Below, in pieces: positions 20,359 to 31,068 of a stretch of DNA of 64,000 bases. Source of the stretch: an uncultured Desulfobacterales bacterium (lineage in GTDB: Bacteria > Desulfobacterota > DSM-4660 > Desulfatiglandales > JALVZP01). The translations under genes and the position numbers were made by a program. The notes below the pieces were generated by a model. The model did not search any database and was not told the origin of the DNA. It saw only the letters and a program-made list of their open reading frames with translations. The first letter of the stretch is position 1, and every line of letters starts with the position of its first letter. The stretch is from NCBI GenBank assembly GCA_964567535.1, contig CAZMNC010000125.1, positions 32,353-96,352 of the forward strand. The letters run 5' to 3'.

Positions 20359-21030
20359 TTGATTCCCTTAAAAGATGAAAATCCTTCGCGATCATTTCCC
20401 ATTGTTAATATAAGTATTATCATAATAAATATTGCTGTCTTTATTTATCAATATATTATTTTATCCGACAAGTTAAGAGCATATTTAACTTTTAGTTTAG
20501 GATGTGTTCCTTATGAAATTACCCATTTAACAGATTTACCACCCACTAATATTATACCCCCTCCATTTACTATATTAAGCTCTATGTTCATACACGGAGG
20601 ATTCATTCATCTGATGAGTAATATGTTATTTTTATGGATATTTGGAGATAATGTAGAAGACAAACTGGGACATTTAAGATATCTTTTATTTTACTTTTTA
20701 TGTGGGATAGCTGGTTCGTGTGCCCATATTATTGTGAATTCGAACTCTAAACTTCCTTGTATAGGAGCAAGTGGTGCTATATCTGGAATAATGGGAGCAT
20801 ATATGATATTTTTCCCCTTGGCAAAGATAAAGACATTGATCATCTTATTTATTTTTATTCAAATAATAGAAATACCAGCATTTTTGATGATCGGATATTG
20901 GATATTTATTCAAATCATATTTGGTATATCTGAAACAGGCGCAAAAGGGGATGGAATAGCCTGGTTTGCTCATATAGGAGGATTTTTAACAGGAACTTTT
21001 CTTGCACTTAATTGGAGGAACTCAAGATAA
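20359..21030 (+). CDS. Rhomboid-family intramembrane serine protease
   Basis: 223 aa and polytopic. Catalytic GASGAISG and the downstream HIGGF histidine motif. Confidence 0.85.
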   Translation: MIPLKDENPSRSFPIVNISIIIINIAVFIYQYIILSDKLRAYLTFSLGCVPYEITHLTDLPPTNIIPPPFTILSSMFIHGGFIHLMSNMLFLWIFGDNVEDKLGHLRYLLFYFLCGIAGSCAHIIVNSNSKLPCIGASGAISGIMGAYMIFFPLAKIKTLIILFIFIQIIEIPAFLMIGYWIFIQIIFGISETGAKGDGIAWFAHIGGFLTGTFLALNWRNSR

Positions 21031-21031
21031 A

Positions 21032-22141
21032 ATGAACATTGTTAAAATAGATTTAAACGCAATATCTTATAATATAAGACTTATAAAAAATATTTTACCT
21101 AAAAAAGTAGGCATAATGGGTATTGTAAAATCAGATGCCTATGGTCATGGAATCATTGAAGTATCACGCATATTATATAATGAAGGTATAAAATTACTAG
21201 GTGTAGCATATCCCTCTGAAGCCTATAAGCTAATAAAAAATAACATCAGAGCTTCTATAGTAATTCTTTGTGGCTTTCAAAAAAAAGATGAGGCTGAAAT
21301 GATAATAGAATATGATGTAATCCCTGTAATTTGGGATTTAGATATGATTCATATGCTAAATAATGAAGCAAAAAAAAGAAATAAAAAGATAAAAGCACTT
21401 CTTAAGATAGATACAGGAATGGGGAGGCTGGGTATACCATATAATAAAACCAAAAAAATAATAAAAGCTTTATACTCTATGAATATGATAGAAATAAAAG
21501 GGCTTCTTTCTCATTTTTCATGTGCAGATATATTATGTGACAATTTCACCCAATTACAAATAAAAAGATTCAAAGAGACAATTCATATGTGCAATAATAT
21601 AGGAATATCTCTTTCTATGAACAGCTTGGCAAACAGTGCAGGCATAATAAATTATCAGGATAGTTTATTTGATATAGTAAGGCCAGGAATCATCTTATAT
21701 GGTGGACTTCCTAACCCTAATTTCAAAGTTCCTTTTAAATTAAAACAAGCAATGGAATTTAAGGGAAAAGTGTTACAAATAAGAGAAGTACCTCCTAATA
21801 CCCCACTAAGCTATGGTAAGACCTATATAACAAAATCCCACAAAAAAATAGCTATTGTTTCTGGTGGATATGGAAATGGAATACCAAGAGCTATATCAAA
21901 TAAAGGATATGTGCTTATAAGAGGTAGAAAAGCTCCTATTATAGGCCAAATTTGTATGGATCTTATAACATGTGATATAACTCACATAAACGATGTAATT
22001 ATTGGAGATAATGTGATATTTATGGGCACTTCTGAAAAAGAAAAAATCACAGCAGATGACATTTCAAAATGGGCAGGGACCATATCCTATGAAATTTTTT
22101 GTTCTATTGGAAAAATAAATAAGAGGGAATATATAAAATGA
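21032..22141 (+). CDS. alr: Alanine racemase
   Basis: The PLP-lysine motif VKSDAYGHG lies near the N-terminus. The start was moved to the ATG at 21032 (MNIVKIDLNAI), which has GGAGG 14 nt upstream. Confidence 0.9.
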   Translation: MNIVKIDLNAISYNIRLIKNILPKKVGIMGIVKSDAYGHGIIEVSRILYNEGIKLLGVAYPSEAYKLIKNNIRASIVILCGFQKKDEAEMIIEYDVIPVIWDLDMIHMLNNEAKKRNKKIKALLKIDTGMGRLGIPYNKTKKIIKALYSMNMIEIKGLLSHFSCADILCDNFTQLQIKRFKETIHMCNNIGISLSMNSLANSAGIINYQDSLFDIVRPGIILYGGLPNPNFKVPFKLKQAMEFKGKVLQIREVPPNTPLSYGKTYITKSHKKIAIVSGGYGNGIPRAISNKGYVLIRGRKAPIIGQICMDLITCDITHINDVIIGDNVIFMGTSEKEKITADDISKWAGTISYEIFCSIGKINKREYIK

Positions 22142-23817
22142 GATCCAAAATAGAAGACATATTAAGATTTGCAATTAATAATGCTTATAAAAAAGGAAAC
22201 CTAAAAACAAAACCTAAAATTATCCCTATTAACATAGAAATTCCCAATAGATCTGAACATGGACATTTTTCCACTAATATTGCCATGGGATTAGCATCAA
22301 AAGAAAACAAAGCACCAAGACAAATAGCTTCTATAATATTAGACAATATAAAGGATAAAGATTCCATTGTAGAAAAAATAGACATTGCTGGGCCTGGATT
22401 TATAAATTTTTGGATAAAGAAAGGGGCATGGCTTAAACGGCTTTATGAAATATTAGAAAAGCAAGAGGAATATGGAAGACAAGATATAGGAAAAGGCAAA
22501 AAGATATTAATAGAGTTTGTTAGCGCAAATCCCACAGGCCCGCTCCATGTAGGACATGCAAGAGGGGCAGCCTTAGGGGACACCCTTTTTAGGATAATGG
22601 AATTTTGTGGTTATAAAGTCACCAGAGAATTTTATATAAATGATGCAGGTCAACAAATAAGACTCTTAGGCAAATCTATATTCAGCAGATTCAAACAATT
22701 TGTTGATCCTGATTATCCATTTCCTGATGATGGTTATCATGGCTCATATATTGTGGAGCTTGCAAAAAGAATATCTAAAAATATAGATCTCAACAAAATG
22801 GATAAAGAAGAAGCCATAGAATTTTGTGCTCAAAAAGGAAAAGAAATAATGCTTGAGCAAATAAAAAAAGACCTTTCAGATTTTGGAGTGGAATTTGATG
22901 TATGGTTCAGTGAAAAAAGCCTCTATGAATCCGGGCTATTAAAAAAGGCACTTAATAATATGCATAAAAAAGGCCTTTTATATGAAAAGGATAACGCTCT
23001 CTGGATAAGGACAAGTCAATTTGGAGATGATAAAGATAGAGTAGTAAAAAAAAGTGATGGTCAGTTTACATATTTTGCTTCTGATATAGCATACCATATT
23101 AACAAAAGAGAAAGAGGCTTTAATCAGGCAATTAATATATGGGGAGCTGATCATCATGGTTATATTCCAAGGCTCAAGGCTGCCCTTATTTGTCAAGGCA
23201 TCCCAAAGGATTGGCTTAAGATCATGCTTATTCAGCTTGTAAAGTTATGGAAGGATGGCAAAGAAGTAAAAATGTCCAAAAGATCAGGCAAATTTGTAAC
23301 ATTTAGGGAATTAATGGATGAGGTAGGAACAGATGCTATGAGATTTGTATTTCTTACAAAAAGTCATGACTCTACGCTTGATTTTGATATAGATCTGGTA
23401 AAAAGGCAAGATTCTGAAAATCCAGTTTATTATGTTCAATATGCACATGCAAGGATATGTAGTATTTTTAGAAAAGCAGAATCTGAAGGCATATTTTTTA
23501 AGATGCCACAAAAAGAAGAACTGGATTTTCTTCAACTTCCAGAAGAAATAGAGCTTATAAGAAATATTTCTGAATTTCCTTATATCCTTAAAGAAATAGT
23601 TGCTTTTCTTGAACCTCACAGATTAACCTATTATCTTACATCTCTTTCCGCCATTTTTCATAGGTACTTTAATCTTGGCACAAATATACCAGAAAATAGA
23701 GTAATATCAAAAAACAAACAATTGACTATGATAAGGCTTGCTCTATTAAAGGCAGTTAAAATAGTAATATATAATGGGCTAAGACTTCTTGGAGTAAACG
23801 CTCCAGAAAGAATGTAA
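22138..23817 (+). CDS. argS: Arginine--tRNA ligase
   Basis: 559 aa. SANPTGPLHVGHARG (HIGH region), MSKRSG, and a C-terminal DALR anticodon-binding domain. Confidence 0.95.
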   Translation: MRSKIEDILRFAINNAYKKGNLKTKPKIIPINIEIPNRSEHGHFSTNIAMGLASKENKAPRQIASIILDNIKDKDSIVEKIDIAGPGFINFWIKKGAWLKRLYEILEKQEEYGRQDIGKGKKILIEFVSANPTGPLHVGHARGAALGDTLFRIMEFCGYKVTREFYINDAGQQIRLLGKSIFSRFKQFVDPDYPFPDDGYHGSYIVELAKRISKNIDLNKMDKEEAIEFCAQKGKEIMLEQIKKDLSDFGVEFDVWFSEKSLYESGLLKKALNNMHKKGLLYEKDNALWIRTSQFGDDKDRVVKKSDGQFTYFASDIAYHINKRERGFNQAINIWGADHHGYIPRLKAALICQGIPKDWLKIMLIQLVKLWKDGKEVKMSKRSGKFVTFRELMDEVGTDAMRFVFLTKSHDSTLDFDIDLVKRQDSENPVYYVQYAHARICSIFRKAESEGIFFKMPQKEELDFLQLPEEIELIRNISEFPYILKEIVAFLEPHRLTYYLTSLSAIFHRYFNLGTNIPENRVISKNKQLTMIRLALLKAVKIVIYNGLRLLGVNAPERM

Positions 23818-23819
23818 TA

Positions 23820-24365
23820 ATGAAAAAAGAATTTAAAAGACAAAAAAAGACATTTAAAATAGAATTTACTAAAGGTTCTGTTTTATTATGGACTACAATT
23901 CTGATCTTTACTATAGTATGGGCTTTTATTCTTGGTGTATTTGTAGGAAAAGGCTTCTTACCAGAAAAAGAGATAAGACCCAATAAAAAAAACAAAATAA
24001 TAAATAAAAAAGAAGAAAATAAAAACACGATTGATTTTTTTTCTTTTCATAAGCAGCTTACCTCAAACACATATAGGTCAGAAAATTTAAAAAATAAAGT
24101 AGTACACAAAAACAAGCATAAAAAAAACTTATGTTATTCGGTTCAAATAGCAGCTTTTTTAAAAGAAAAAGATGCTAAAAACATGGTAAAAGCATTTAAC
24201 TTAAAAGGATATCCTGTTTATTATGTAAAATACACAAAAAACAAAAAAGAATATTATAGAGTAAGGTGTGGAAAAAGCAGTAGCAAAAAGGAAATAGAAG
24301 ATCTAAAAAATAGATTGATAAAAAAAGAACATATTAAAGGAATAATTGTAAGATGCAATCAATAA
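23820..24365 (+). CDS. SPOR-domain membrane protein
   Basis: N-terminal TM helix, a Lys-rich linker, and a C-terminal SPOR-like repeat (YSVQIAAFLKEKDAKNMV...YYRVRCGKSSSKKE). Confidence 0.7.
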   Translation: MKKEFKRQKKTFKIEFTKGSVLLWTTILIFTIVWAFILGVFVGKGFLPEKEIRPNKKNKIINKKEENKNTIDFFSFHKQLTSNTYRSENLKNKVVHKNKHKKNLCYSVQIAAFLKEKDAKNMVKAFNLKGYPVYYVKYTKNKKEYYRVRCGKSSSKKEIEDLKNRLIKKEHIKGIIVRCNQ

Positions 24366-24820
24366 AGGTAAAAAAGGCGCGTATAAAAGATGCTCATAAT
24401 ATCCATAAACTTATAAACTATTATGCAGAAAAAGGTTTACTTTTACCCCGTTCTTTAAGTGAAATATATGAGCATATAAGAGATTACATAATCTTAGAAA
24501 AAAATGGCGATATTAAAGGAGTATGCGCATTGGGCATATGTTGGGAAGATCTTGCTGAAATACGTTCTCTTGCTATATCACCTGAAAGCCGTGATAAAGG
24601 GTTTGGCTCAAAATTAGTGCAAGAATGTATTATAGAAGCAAGGGAACTGGGAATAAAAAAGATTTTTATTTTAACATATGCACCAAAATTCTTTGCTAAA
24701 TTTGGATTTAAAAAAATAAAAAAAACTTCTCTTCCTCATAAAATTTGGGCAGATTGTTTAAAATGCCCAAAATTTCCAGATTGTGATGAAATAGCAATGA
24801 GCTTATATATAGGAGGTTAA
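24353..24820 (+). CDS. GNAT-family N-acetyltransferase (short ArgA-like)
   Basis: 155 aa. Acetyl-CoA-binding segment RDKGFGSKLV and the C-terminal CLKCPKFPDCDE seen in short amino-acid N-acetyltransferases. Confidence 0.75.
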   Translation: MQSIKVKKARIKDAHNIHKLINYYAEKGLLLPRSLSEIYEHIRDYIILEKNGDIKGVCALGICWEDLAEIRSLAISPESRDKGFGSKLVQECIIEARELGIKKIFILTYAPKFFAKFGFKKIKKTSLPHKIWADCLKCPKFPDCDEIAMSLYIGG

Positions 24821-24822
24821 AA

Positions 24823-25140
24823 ATGTTTGGTAGCATAGGGATGCCGGAGCTTTTGGTAATATTTATAATAGCCCTAATTTTTATAGGACCTAAAAAGCTT
24901 CCTGAAATAGGGAAGGCAATAGGAAAGGGCATATCAGAATTCAGAAAGGCTACTCAGGAAATAAAAGAGAGTATTGAAGTAGAAAGCGAAAGTACAGATA
25001 TTGTAGAACCGGAGGAACCTATAGATTCAATAGCCGGAACAAAAGAGGATAAACTCGAATCCACTGATGCAGAAACAAAAAAAGATAAGGACAAGGAAAA
25101 AAAGGAAAATGGAGACAGAGGAGAAAAAGCCGTTTCTTGA
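24823..25140 (+). CDS. tatA: Twin-arginine translocase subunit TatA/E
   Basis: MFGSIGMPELLVIFIIALIFIGPKKLPEIGKAIGKGISEFRKA is the canonical TatA TM helix plus amphipathic helix. AGGAGG RBS. Confidence 0.85.
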   Translation: MFGSIGMPELLVIFIIALIFIGPKKLPEIGKAIGKGISEFRKATQEIKESIEVESESTDIVEPEEPIDSIAGTKEDKLESTDAETKKDKDKEKKENGDRGEKAVS

Positions 25141-25840
25141 ACATTTGGAAGAGCTTAGAAAAAGATTAATAATATGTGTTATCTCAGTTGCAATAGGTTT
25201 TCTTATCTCCTATTTTTTTTCTGATAAAGCCTTTATTATATTTGTGAAACCTTTACAACAATCCTTACCTAAGGGTAGTCATCTTATATTCACAAATCTT
25301 CCAGAGATGTTTATAACTTATTTAAAAATCGCTCTTATTATGGGAATAATGTTAGCAACACCTATTATATTTTATCAGATATGGAAATTCATTGCCCCTG
25401 GACTTTATCAAGATGAAAAGAGACTGGTCATCCCTTTTGTATTATCATCTACAATATTGTTTATAGGTGGGGCAATATTTGGCTATTTTGTAGTATTCCC
25501 CTTTGGATTTAAATTTTTTCTGGGTTTTGCAAACAAATATGTAAAAGCACTTCCTTCTGTAAAACAGTATTTTTCATTTGCTATGAAACTACTTATTGCT
25601 TTTGGGATAGTATTTGAGCTTCCTGTTATTACATATTTTATGACAAAGATAGGTCTTCTTACCCCTCAATTTTTAAAAAATAATAGAAAATATGCTATCG
25701 TAATCATATTTATTGTTGCGGCAATATTTACCCCTCCTGATGCAATGACTCAGTGTATGATGGCTGTTCCCCTTATTATTCTCTACGAAGTCAGCATAAT
25801 TGTTTCAAAAATAGCCTATGCAAACAAAAAAGAAGAATAA
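25109..25840 (+). CDS. tatC: Twin-arginine translocase subunit TatC
   Basis: Six-TM protein whose N-terminus FLEHLEELRKRL is the conserved TatC start. I prefer the ATG at 25109 over the track start at 25067. Confidence 0.9.
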   Translation: METEEKKPFLEHLEELRKRLIICVISVAIGFLISYFFSDKAFIIFVKPLQQSLPKGSHLIFTNLPEMFITYLKIALIMGIMLATPIIFYQIWKFIAPGLYQDEKRLVIPFVLSSTILFIGGAIFGYFVVFPFGFKFFLGFANKYVKALPSVKQYFSFAMKLLIAFGIVFELPVITYFMTKIGLLTPQFLKNNRKYAIVIIFIVAAIFTPPDAMTQCMMAVPLIILYEVSIIVSKIAYANKKEE

Positions 25841-26561
25841 AAAAATAGGTTTTGGAGAAAGATTTTATAGAAAGATAGCAAAGCCCAAGGGGCTTATATC
25901 ATTTGAGGTATCTGTCAAAGAGACAGATTTATGGATAAGCGCTGAAAAGGAGTTAATAAAAGAGGCAGAAACATTAGTTTTAGATGCAAGGCATCAAATA
26001 GAATCATATATAGAATTACATCCAGACTTTTTAACAAGTCTTTGTCCTTGGCAATATGATGCATTAGCTCCGCCAGTAGTTAAAGATATGATTAATGGAT
26101 CAAAGAAAGCAAATGTTGGACCTATGGCATCAGTTGCTGGGGCTATAGCAGAATATGTGGGCAAAGGTCTTTTAAAATATACCACTCAGGTAATTGTGGA
26201 AAATGGGGGAGATATATTTGTTAAGTTAGAAAGAGAGCTTAATGTATCTGTTTTTTCAACATCTCATTATGATATTGGTATCATTATTAAAAAAGATATG
26301 ATGCCTATCGGCATATGTTCATCATCAGGTAAGATAGGTCATTCATTAAGCTTTGGTTGTTCAGATATTGTATGTGTCACCTCTTCCTCAACATCAATAG
26401 CTGATGCAGCAGCTACTTATATCGCTAATAGAATAAAAAAAGATGAAGACATAAAAAAAATAGAAAAATGGGCATCTTATATAAAAAGCATAAAAGGAGT
26501 GCTTGCTATTGTTAATGATAACATCTCTGTATGGGGAGAGATAGAGCTGACCCTTATTTAA
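25818..26561 (+). CDS. UPF0280 / ApbE-like family protein
   Basis: 247 aa. GPMASVAGAIAEYVG and ENGGDIF segments resemble the UPF0280 (ApbE-superfamily) proteins. Confidence 0.65.
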   Translation: MQTKKKNKKIGFGERFYRKIAKPKGLISFEVSVKETDLWISAEKELIKEAETLVLDARHQIESYIELHPDFLTSLCPWQYDALAPPVVKDMINGSKKANVGPMASVAGAIAEYVGKGLLKYTTQVIVENGGDIFVKLERELNVSVFSTSHYDIGIIIKKDMMPIGICSSSGKIGHSLSFGCSDIVCVTSSSTSIADAAATYIANRIKKDEDIKKIEKWASYIKSIKGVLAIVNDNISVWGEIELTLI

Positions 26562-26592
26562 TAATATATTAATTAATATCTTAGGAGCAAAA

Positions 26593-27591
26593 ATGAACAC
26601 TATAGATGAAATAGGGGAGTTTGGTCTTATAGAATTCCTTGAACAACAAAACAAGGTCTTTTTTAATGATCCCATAAAAGGCATAGGAGATGATTGTGCT
26701 GTCATAGAAAAAGACGATAAATCTGTCTTTTTGATAAGCACAGAATTGTTTATTGAAGATATACACTTTTTAAAAGAAGGAACCCCTCCATATGAATTGG
26801 GAATAAAATCAGTAAATGCAAGTCTAAGCGATATTGCGGCAATGGGCGGAACACCTCTTTATATATTTACATCTATTGGCATACCAAAAGGAACAGAATT
26901 GAAGTATGTAAAAAATTTGTATAATGGCATAAAAAATGCGTGTATAAGCCATAAAGTAGATATAATAGGGGGTGATACATCCTCATCTATTAATAAAATT
27001 ATTATAAATATAACTATAATAGGAGAAGCAAGAAAAGATAAAGTAGTTTATAGAAAAGGAGCTAAAATAGAAGATTTTATATATGTTACTGGAAATCTGG
27101 GAAACTCTGCTGCTGGCTTAATGCTTATTCAAGGCAAAATATCAGCACCAGATCATATTAGAGAGATACTTATAAAGGCCCATAACATGCCACAAGCCAA
27201 ATTAGAAATCGGGAGGTTAGTAGCAGAAAACAATCTTGTTAATGCAATGATTGACATAAGCGATGGCCTTGTTGCAGATCTTAATCATATATGCAAGGCA
27301 AGTAATATTGGTGCTGTTATCTATTTTAACGATATACCTCTCTCCCAAGAACTCCTTTCCATAAAAAAAGCCCTTACAAAACCGGTACATGAACTTGCCT
27401 TATATGGTGGAGAAGACTATGAACTCATCCTTATAGTGCCTCCAGATAAAGTGGAAGCTCTCCATAAGATATGCAAAACAAAAGGATTGTTTATTCATCT
27501 GATTGGCAAAATGGTTGAAAATAAAGGTATATGGCTGTTATCCAATAATCGATTTATGTCCTTAAAACCAAAAGGATTTACTCATTTTTAA
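26593..27591 (+). CDS. thiL: Thiamine-monophosphate kinase
   Basis: 332 aa. AIR-synthase-related fold motifs GDDCAVIE, SDIAAMGG, GGDT and DISDGL. Confidence 0.9.
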   Translation: MNTIDEIGEFGLIEFLEQQNKVFFNDPIKGIGDDCAVIEKDDKSVFLISTELFIEDIHFLKEGTPPYELGIKSVNASLSDIAAMGGTPLYIFTSIGIPKGTELKYVKNLYNGIKNACISHKVDIIGGDTSSSINKIIINITIIGEARKDKVVYRKGAKIEDFIYVTGNLGNSAAGLMLIQGKISAPDHIREILIKAHNMPQAKLEIGRLVAENNLVNAMIDISDGLVADLNHICKASNIGAVIYFNDIPLSQELLSIKKALTKPVHELALYGGEDYELILIVPPDKVEALHKICKTKGLFIHLIGKMVENKGIWLLSNNRFMSLKPKGFTHF

Positions 27592-28389
27592 TATAATTTC
27601 ATCCGCCTTTTGCTTGAGATTTCTTGCATATTCTGGATTAATTTTTTTTAAAGAAAACCCGAGTCTTAAAAAATTAAGAAAATCTTTATCCATATCTAAA
27701 AGATGAGTATATTTGGTATTTGGAATTTCCATATATTTTTGAGAATTAATAAGTTCATTAAATATATTCAAAAACTGCCTTATATCTTGCTTTGAAATTT
27801 CAGTTTTTCCATTTTTAAACATTATCTTTACAGGATATGCAATTATACGCAAATCAATATTAAATTCTAAAAAAGGAAAATCTTTTTTTAAAATAGCATA
27901 TTCTATATCTTTCCAATCCTCCGCTTTTGCTATATATTCCAATACATATTTACCTAATCCAAAAACCTTAAAAAGGGGATTAATTGTTCTGCTGGAATAA
28001 GAAAAAGAATCTAATCCATCAGCAAATCTAAGCCAGAATTTTTTAGTATTATATTCAAGTTGCGAAAAGATTTTCGCTTCTGGACAAAGTTCTCTATGAC
28101 ATTTATCACCATAATCAACAAGATATCTTAAATCTATAGAACTGTTTTGTGCAGGATGTAATAGACAACCTACCTGTTTAAAATCCTTATCCACATATCC
28201 TAATGCCCAACAACTATAACCTGTAATAGGTCTTTTTTGAGGTTGAAAATACAAGGTATTCTCTCTTAACATCCTTTTTATAATATTTTTATATTTGATA
28301 TGTTCATATCCATAAGGCCGTATTGGAGGACAACATGCAAAACAACTCTTTTCATTGTCAGGCATACAAAATGAAACAATATTCTTCAT
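27562..28389 (-). CDS. Hypothetical Cys-rich protein
   Basis: 275 aa. N-terminal cysteine pattern (SFCMPDNEKSCFACCPP...C...C...C). Last gene of a tightly coupled operon. Confidence 0.45.
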   Translation of the reverse strand: MKNIVSFCMPDNEKSCFACCPPIRPYGYEHIKYKNIIKRMLRENTLYFQPQKRPITGYSCWALGYVDKDFKQVGCLLHPAQNSSIDLRYLVDYGDKCHRELCPEAKIFSQLEYNTKKFWLRFADGLDSFSYSSRTINPLFKVFGLGKYVLEYIAKAEDWKDIEYAILKKDFPFLEFNIDLRIIAYPVKIMFKNGKTEISKQDIRQFLNIFNELINSQKYMEIPNTKYTHLLDMDKDFLNFLRLGFSLKKINPEYARNLKQKADEIILKMSKSFWF

Positions 28390-29430
28390 TTATAAATTTC
28401 CCCATTTTTCTATTAGCTGCTTTCTTCTTTGTCTTGCAAGCTCTCTTTTATCTTCAACCTGATCTGATTCATCTACTATCTCTCTTCCTAAAATCTCCTC
28501 TATTATGTCTTCTAAAGTTATTAGACCAGCAAGGCCTCCATATTCATCCAGGACAATAAACATATGCTGTCTTAATTCCAAAAACTCCAGCAAAACTTGA
28601 TTCAATCTTGCCACCTCTACTACAAAATGGACAGGACGCATAAGTTGAGTCAATTTCATATGTTTATTTCCCCTTGCCAGCTCTATAAATATATCTTTTA
28701 CAAGAACAATCCCTACAATATCCTCCATATCCTTGTCATATACAGGTATTCTACTGTGCTCCCAATTTGTGTTCAAACCCGCAACCTCTTCTAATGTCAT
28801 ATGCTCGTTCAAAGAAAATATGACAGTTCTTGGAGTCATAACATCCTTTACTATCTTATCATGTAAACTAAGGATATTTTCTATCATTTCCTTTTGATAT
28901 GGTCTTATCCCTCCTGTTTTTAAACTTAAATGTGCCATTATCCTAAGTTCATCTGCGGTTACTACTTCTTCTATCCTCTTTCTTGCTATAATTCTGGTAA
29001 CCAATGTACAAAGCCATATAGCAGGCGACATTATCCAAACAAGGCCCTTTAGAGGATAAGCAATAATTGGCATAAAAAATCTCGAATAAACTACACCTGC
29101 AGTTTTTGGAAGCACCTCAGAAAATATAAGTATTGTCAAAGTAAAAAATATTGAAAAATATGTTAGACTCTCATGGCCAAATACAGCACTCGCTGCAGAA
29201 CCTGCAAATGCTGCACCTGCAGTATTCGCAATAGTATTTAATGATAATATAGCTCCTATAGGTTTATCTATATTATACCTCAATTCCTTAAAAATCTGAC
29301 CTATTTTACTGCCAGAATCTGCTAAGCTTTCTATATATCTTAACGGAACTGAATAAAGAACTGATTCAAATAAAGAACAGGCTGCAGAAATAATAATAGC
29401 ACAACTTACAGATATTATAAGCTCAAACAT
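28390..29430 (-). CDS. CNNM/DUF21 + CBS-pair transporter-associated membrane protein (HlyC/CorC family)
   Basis: 346 aa. Four N-terminal TM helices (DUF21) followed by two CBS repeats. Confidence 0.85.
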   Translation of the reverse strand: MFELIISVSCAIIISAACSLFESVLYSVPLRYIESLADSGSKIGQIFKELRYNIDKPIGAILSLNTIANTAGAAFAGSAASAVFGHESLTYFSIFFTLTILIFSEVLPKTAGVVYSRFFMPIIAYPLKGLVWIMSPAIWLCTLVTRIIARKRIEEVVTADELRIMAHLSLKTGGIRPYQKEMIENILSLHDKIVKDVMTPRTVIFSLNEHMTLEEVAGLNTNWEHSRIPVYDKDMEDIVGIVLVKDIFIELARGNKHMKLTQLMRPVHFVVEVARLNQVLLEFLELRQHMFIVLDEYGGLAGLITLEDIIEEILGREIVDESDQVEDKRELARQRRKQLIEKWGNL

Positions 29431-30019
29431 TTACCTTGAACCTCCTGAGATCTTCTTGTTTGTTAATATTAATCAGAAATTCTAATCCTGGATCATATCT
29501 TTCTATTTCATTCTTCTCTACATATCTTATAGAAAGACTTTCAAAAAAACTTCTTATATTTAATTTGTTTTTTGAGATAGACTTTTTTATAAATGGAAGG
29601 CAATTTTTGGTATATATTGCATGAAGAGGTTCTATATTGCCACCAATTCGTGGTACAACAATATCAAACCCATTTTTTATTGATATCATATATCTTATGA
29701 GAGATGGATTCAAAAATGGCATATCACAGGCAACAAAAAAGCCAGCCTTACCTGTCATTTTAATAATTCCTGTAAGGATTCCAGCAATTGGGCCTATTCC
29801 CTTGATAATATCCTCATATATCTTTAAACCTAAACAAGAATATTTATCTGGATTATTGGCTATAATAATGACTTCATTAAAGACCTTCTGCATTACATTA
29901 ATAACTCGTTCTATTAGAGGTAATCCATTAAAAAGTTCAAATGCTTTATCTCTACCATATCTCAGGCTTTTTCCACCTGCTAATATAACCCCGGTCATAT
30001 TATTTAAGGAAGGGTTCAT
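29423..30019 (-). CDS. mobA: Molybdenum cofactor guanylyltransferase
   Basis: 198 aa. N-terminal [17 protein letters not shown] nucleotide-binding loop and MobA-like size. Confidence 0.8.
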   Translation of the reverse strand: MNPSLNNMTGVILAGGKSLRYGRDKAFELFNGLPLIERVINVMQKVFNEVIIIANNPDKYSCLGLKIYEDIIKGIGPIAGILTGIIKMTGKAGFFVACDMPFLNPSLIRYMISIKNGFDIVVPRIGGNIEPLHAIYTKNCLPFIKKSISKNKLNIRSFFESLSIRYVEKNEIERYDPGLEFLININKQEDLRRFKVNV

Positions 30020-30966
30020 AGGATGGATCTAAAATATTCTATAGTTCTTTGTATTCCATCTTCTAAAGAAATTTTAGGTTGCCAATTTAACAATCCTTTT
30101 GCCAAAGAAATATCAGGTTGTCTTCTAACAGGATCATCTTGTGGAAGTGGAAAAAAGACTATCTTTGATCTACTACTCTTACATAACCTCAAAATTAACT
30201 CTGCTATTTCCAATATAGTCTTCTCATCAGGATTTCCCAAATTAATAGGACCTGTTATATCATCTGGACTGTTCATCATCTTCATTATGCCATCTATCAT
30301 ATCATCTACATAACAAAAAGACCTTGTTTGAGAGCCATCTCCAAAAACTGTTATATGTTGATTTGTTAAGGCCTGCACTATAAAATTACTTATTACCCTG
30401 CCATCATTTGGATGCATTCTTGGGCCATAGGTATTAAATATACGAATTACCTTTATCTTTACACCATTCTGTCTATGATAATCAAAGAAAAGAGTTTCAG
30501 CACATCTCTTTCCTTCATCATAACATGCCCTCAAACCAATAGGATTCACATTGCCCCAATAAGATTCATACTGTGGATGTCTTTCTGGATTACCATATAC
30601 CTCACTTGTAGATGCCTGCAATATTTTTGCTCTTACTCTCTTTGCCAGACCAAGCATATTTATAGAGCCCATTATATTTGTCTTGATAGTTTTTACTGGA
30701 TTATACTGATAATGAATAGGTGATGCTGGACAAGCGAGGTTGTATATTTCATCCACTTCTAAAAATATAGGATGAACTATATCATGACGTATTAGTTCAA
30801 AATTGGGTTTTTTCAAAAGATGTTGGATATTCCTTTTAGAACCAGAAAAAAAGTTATCTAAACAAATAACATCATAGCCCTTTTCTACAAGTCGATCACA
30901 AAGATGAGAACCTAAAAACCCCCCTCCCCCTGTAACCAGCACCCTTTTTGGCTGAAATATCTTCAT
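30016..30966 (-). CDS. UDP-glucuronate decarboxylase (UDP-xylose synthase-like SDR)
   Basis: 316 aa. GGGGFLGSH Rossmann motif, catalytic YDEGKRCAE, and the overall UXS pattern (STSEVYG). Confidence 0.85.
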   Translation of the reverse strand: MKIFQPKRVLVTGGGGFLGSHLCDRLVEKGYDVICLDNFFSGSKRNIQHLLKKPNFELIRHDIVHPIFLEVDEIYNLACPASPIHYQYNPVKTIKTNIMGSINMLGLAKRVRAKILQASTSEVYGNPERHPQYESYWGNVNPIGLRACYDEGKRCAETLFFDYHRQNGVKIKVIRIFNTYGPRMHPNDGRVISNFIVQALTNQHITVFGDGSQTRSFCYVDDMIDGIMKMMNSPDDITGPINLGNPDEKTILEIAELILRLCKSSRSKIVFFPLPQDDPVRRQPDISLAKGLLNWQPKISLEDGIQRTIEYFRSIL

Positions 30967-30975
30967 TAAGCAAAA

Positions 30976-31003
30976 AGAATAACAGATTCAGATAAATTGT
31001 CAA
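30976..31003 (-). promoter_or_regulatory. Possible sigma-70-type promoter in front of the UDP-glucuronate decarboxylase gene
   Basis: The minus strand reads TTGACA-16 nt-TATTCT, with the -10 hexamer ending 9 nt before the ATG at 30966. No Shine-Dalgarno sequence precedes that ATG, so the transcript would be nearly leaderless. Confidence 0.3.
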
Positions 31004-31068
31004 TTTTTGAATAACAGAGAAAAACTACTTGATATTATAACAAAAAAAATTCTTCTGTTTTATCTGTT

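Noticed and set aside
20286-20423. N-terminal 46-codon extension of the alcohol dehydrogenase ORF
   Set aside because: The extension would overlap the divergent rhomboid gene start at 20359 and encodes non-ADH-like sequence. The ATG at 20285 has a GGAGG RBS and gives the normal ADH N-terminus.
25067-25108. Longer tatC start (track ORF start at 25067)
   Set aside because: The extra 14 residues are Lys/Arg-rich read-through of the tatA 3' region. The conserved TatC N-terminus begins just after the ATG at 25109, which has a purine-rich RBS.
29637-30032. 131-aa plus-strand ORF
   Set aside because: It is antisense to mobA and is a shadow ORF.
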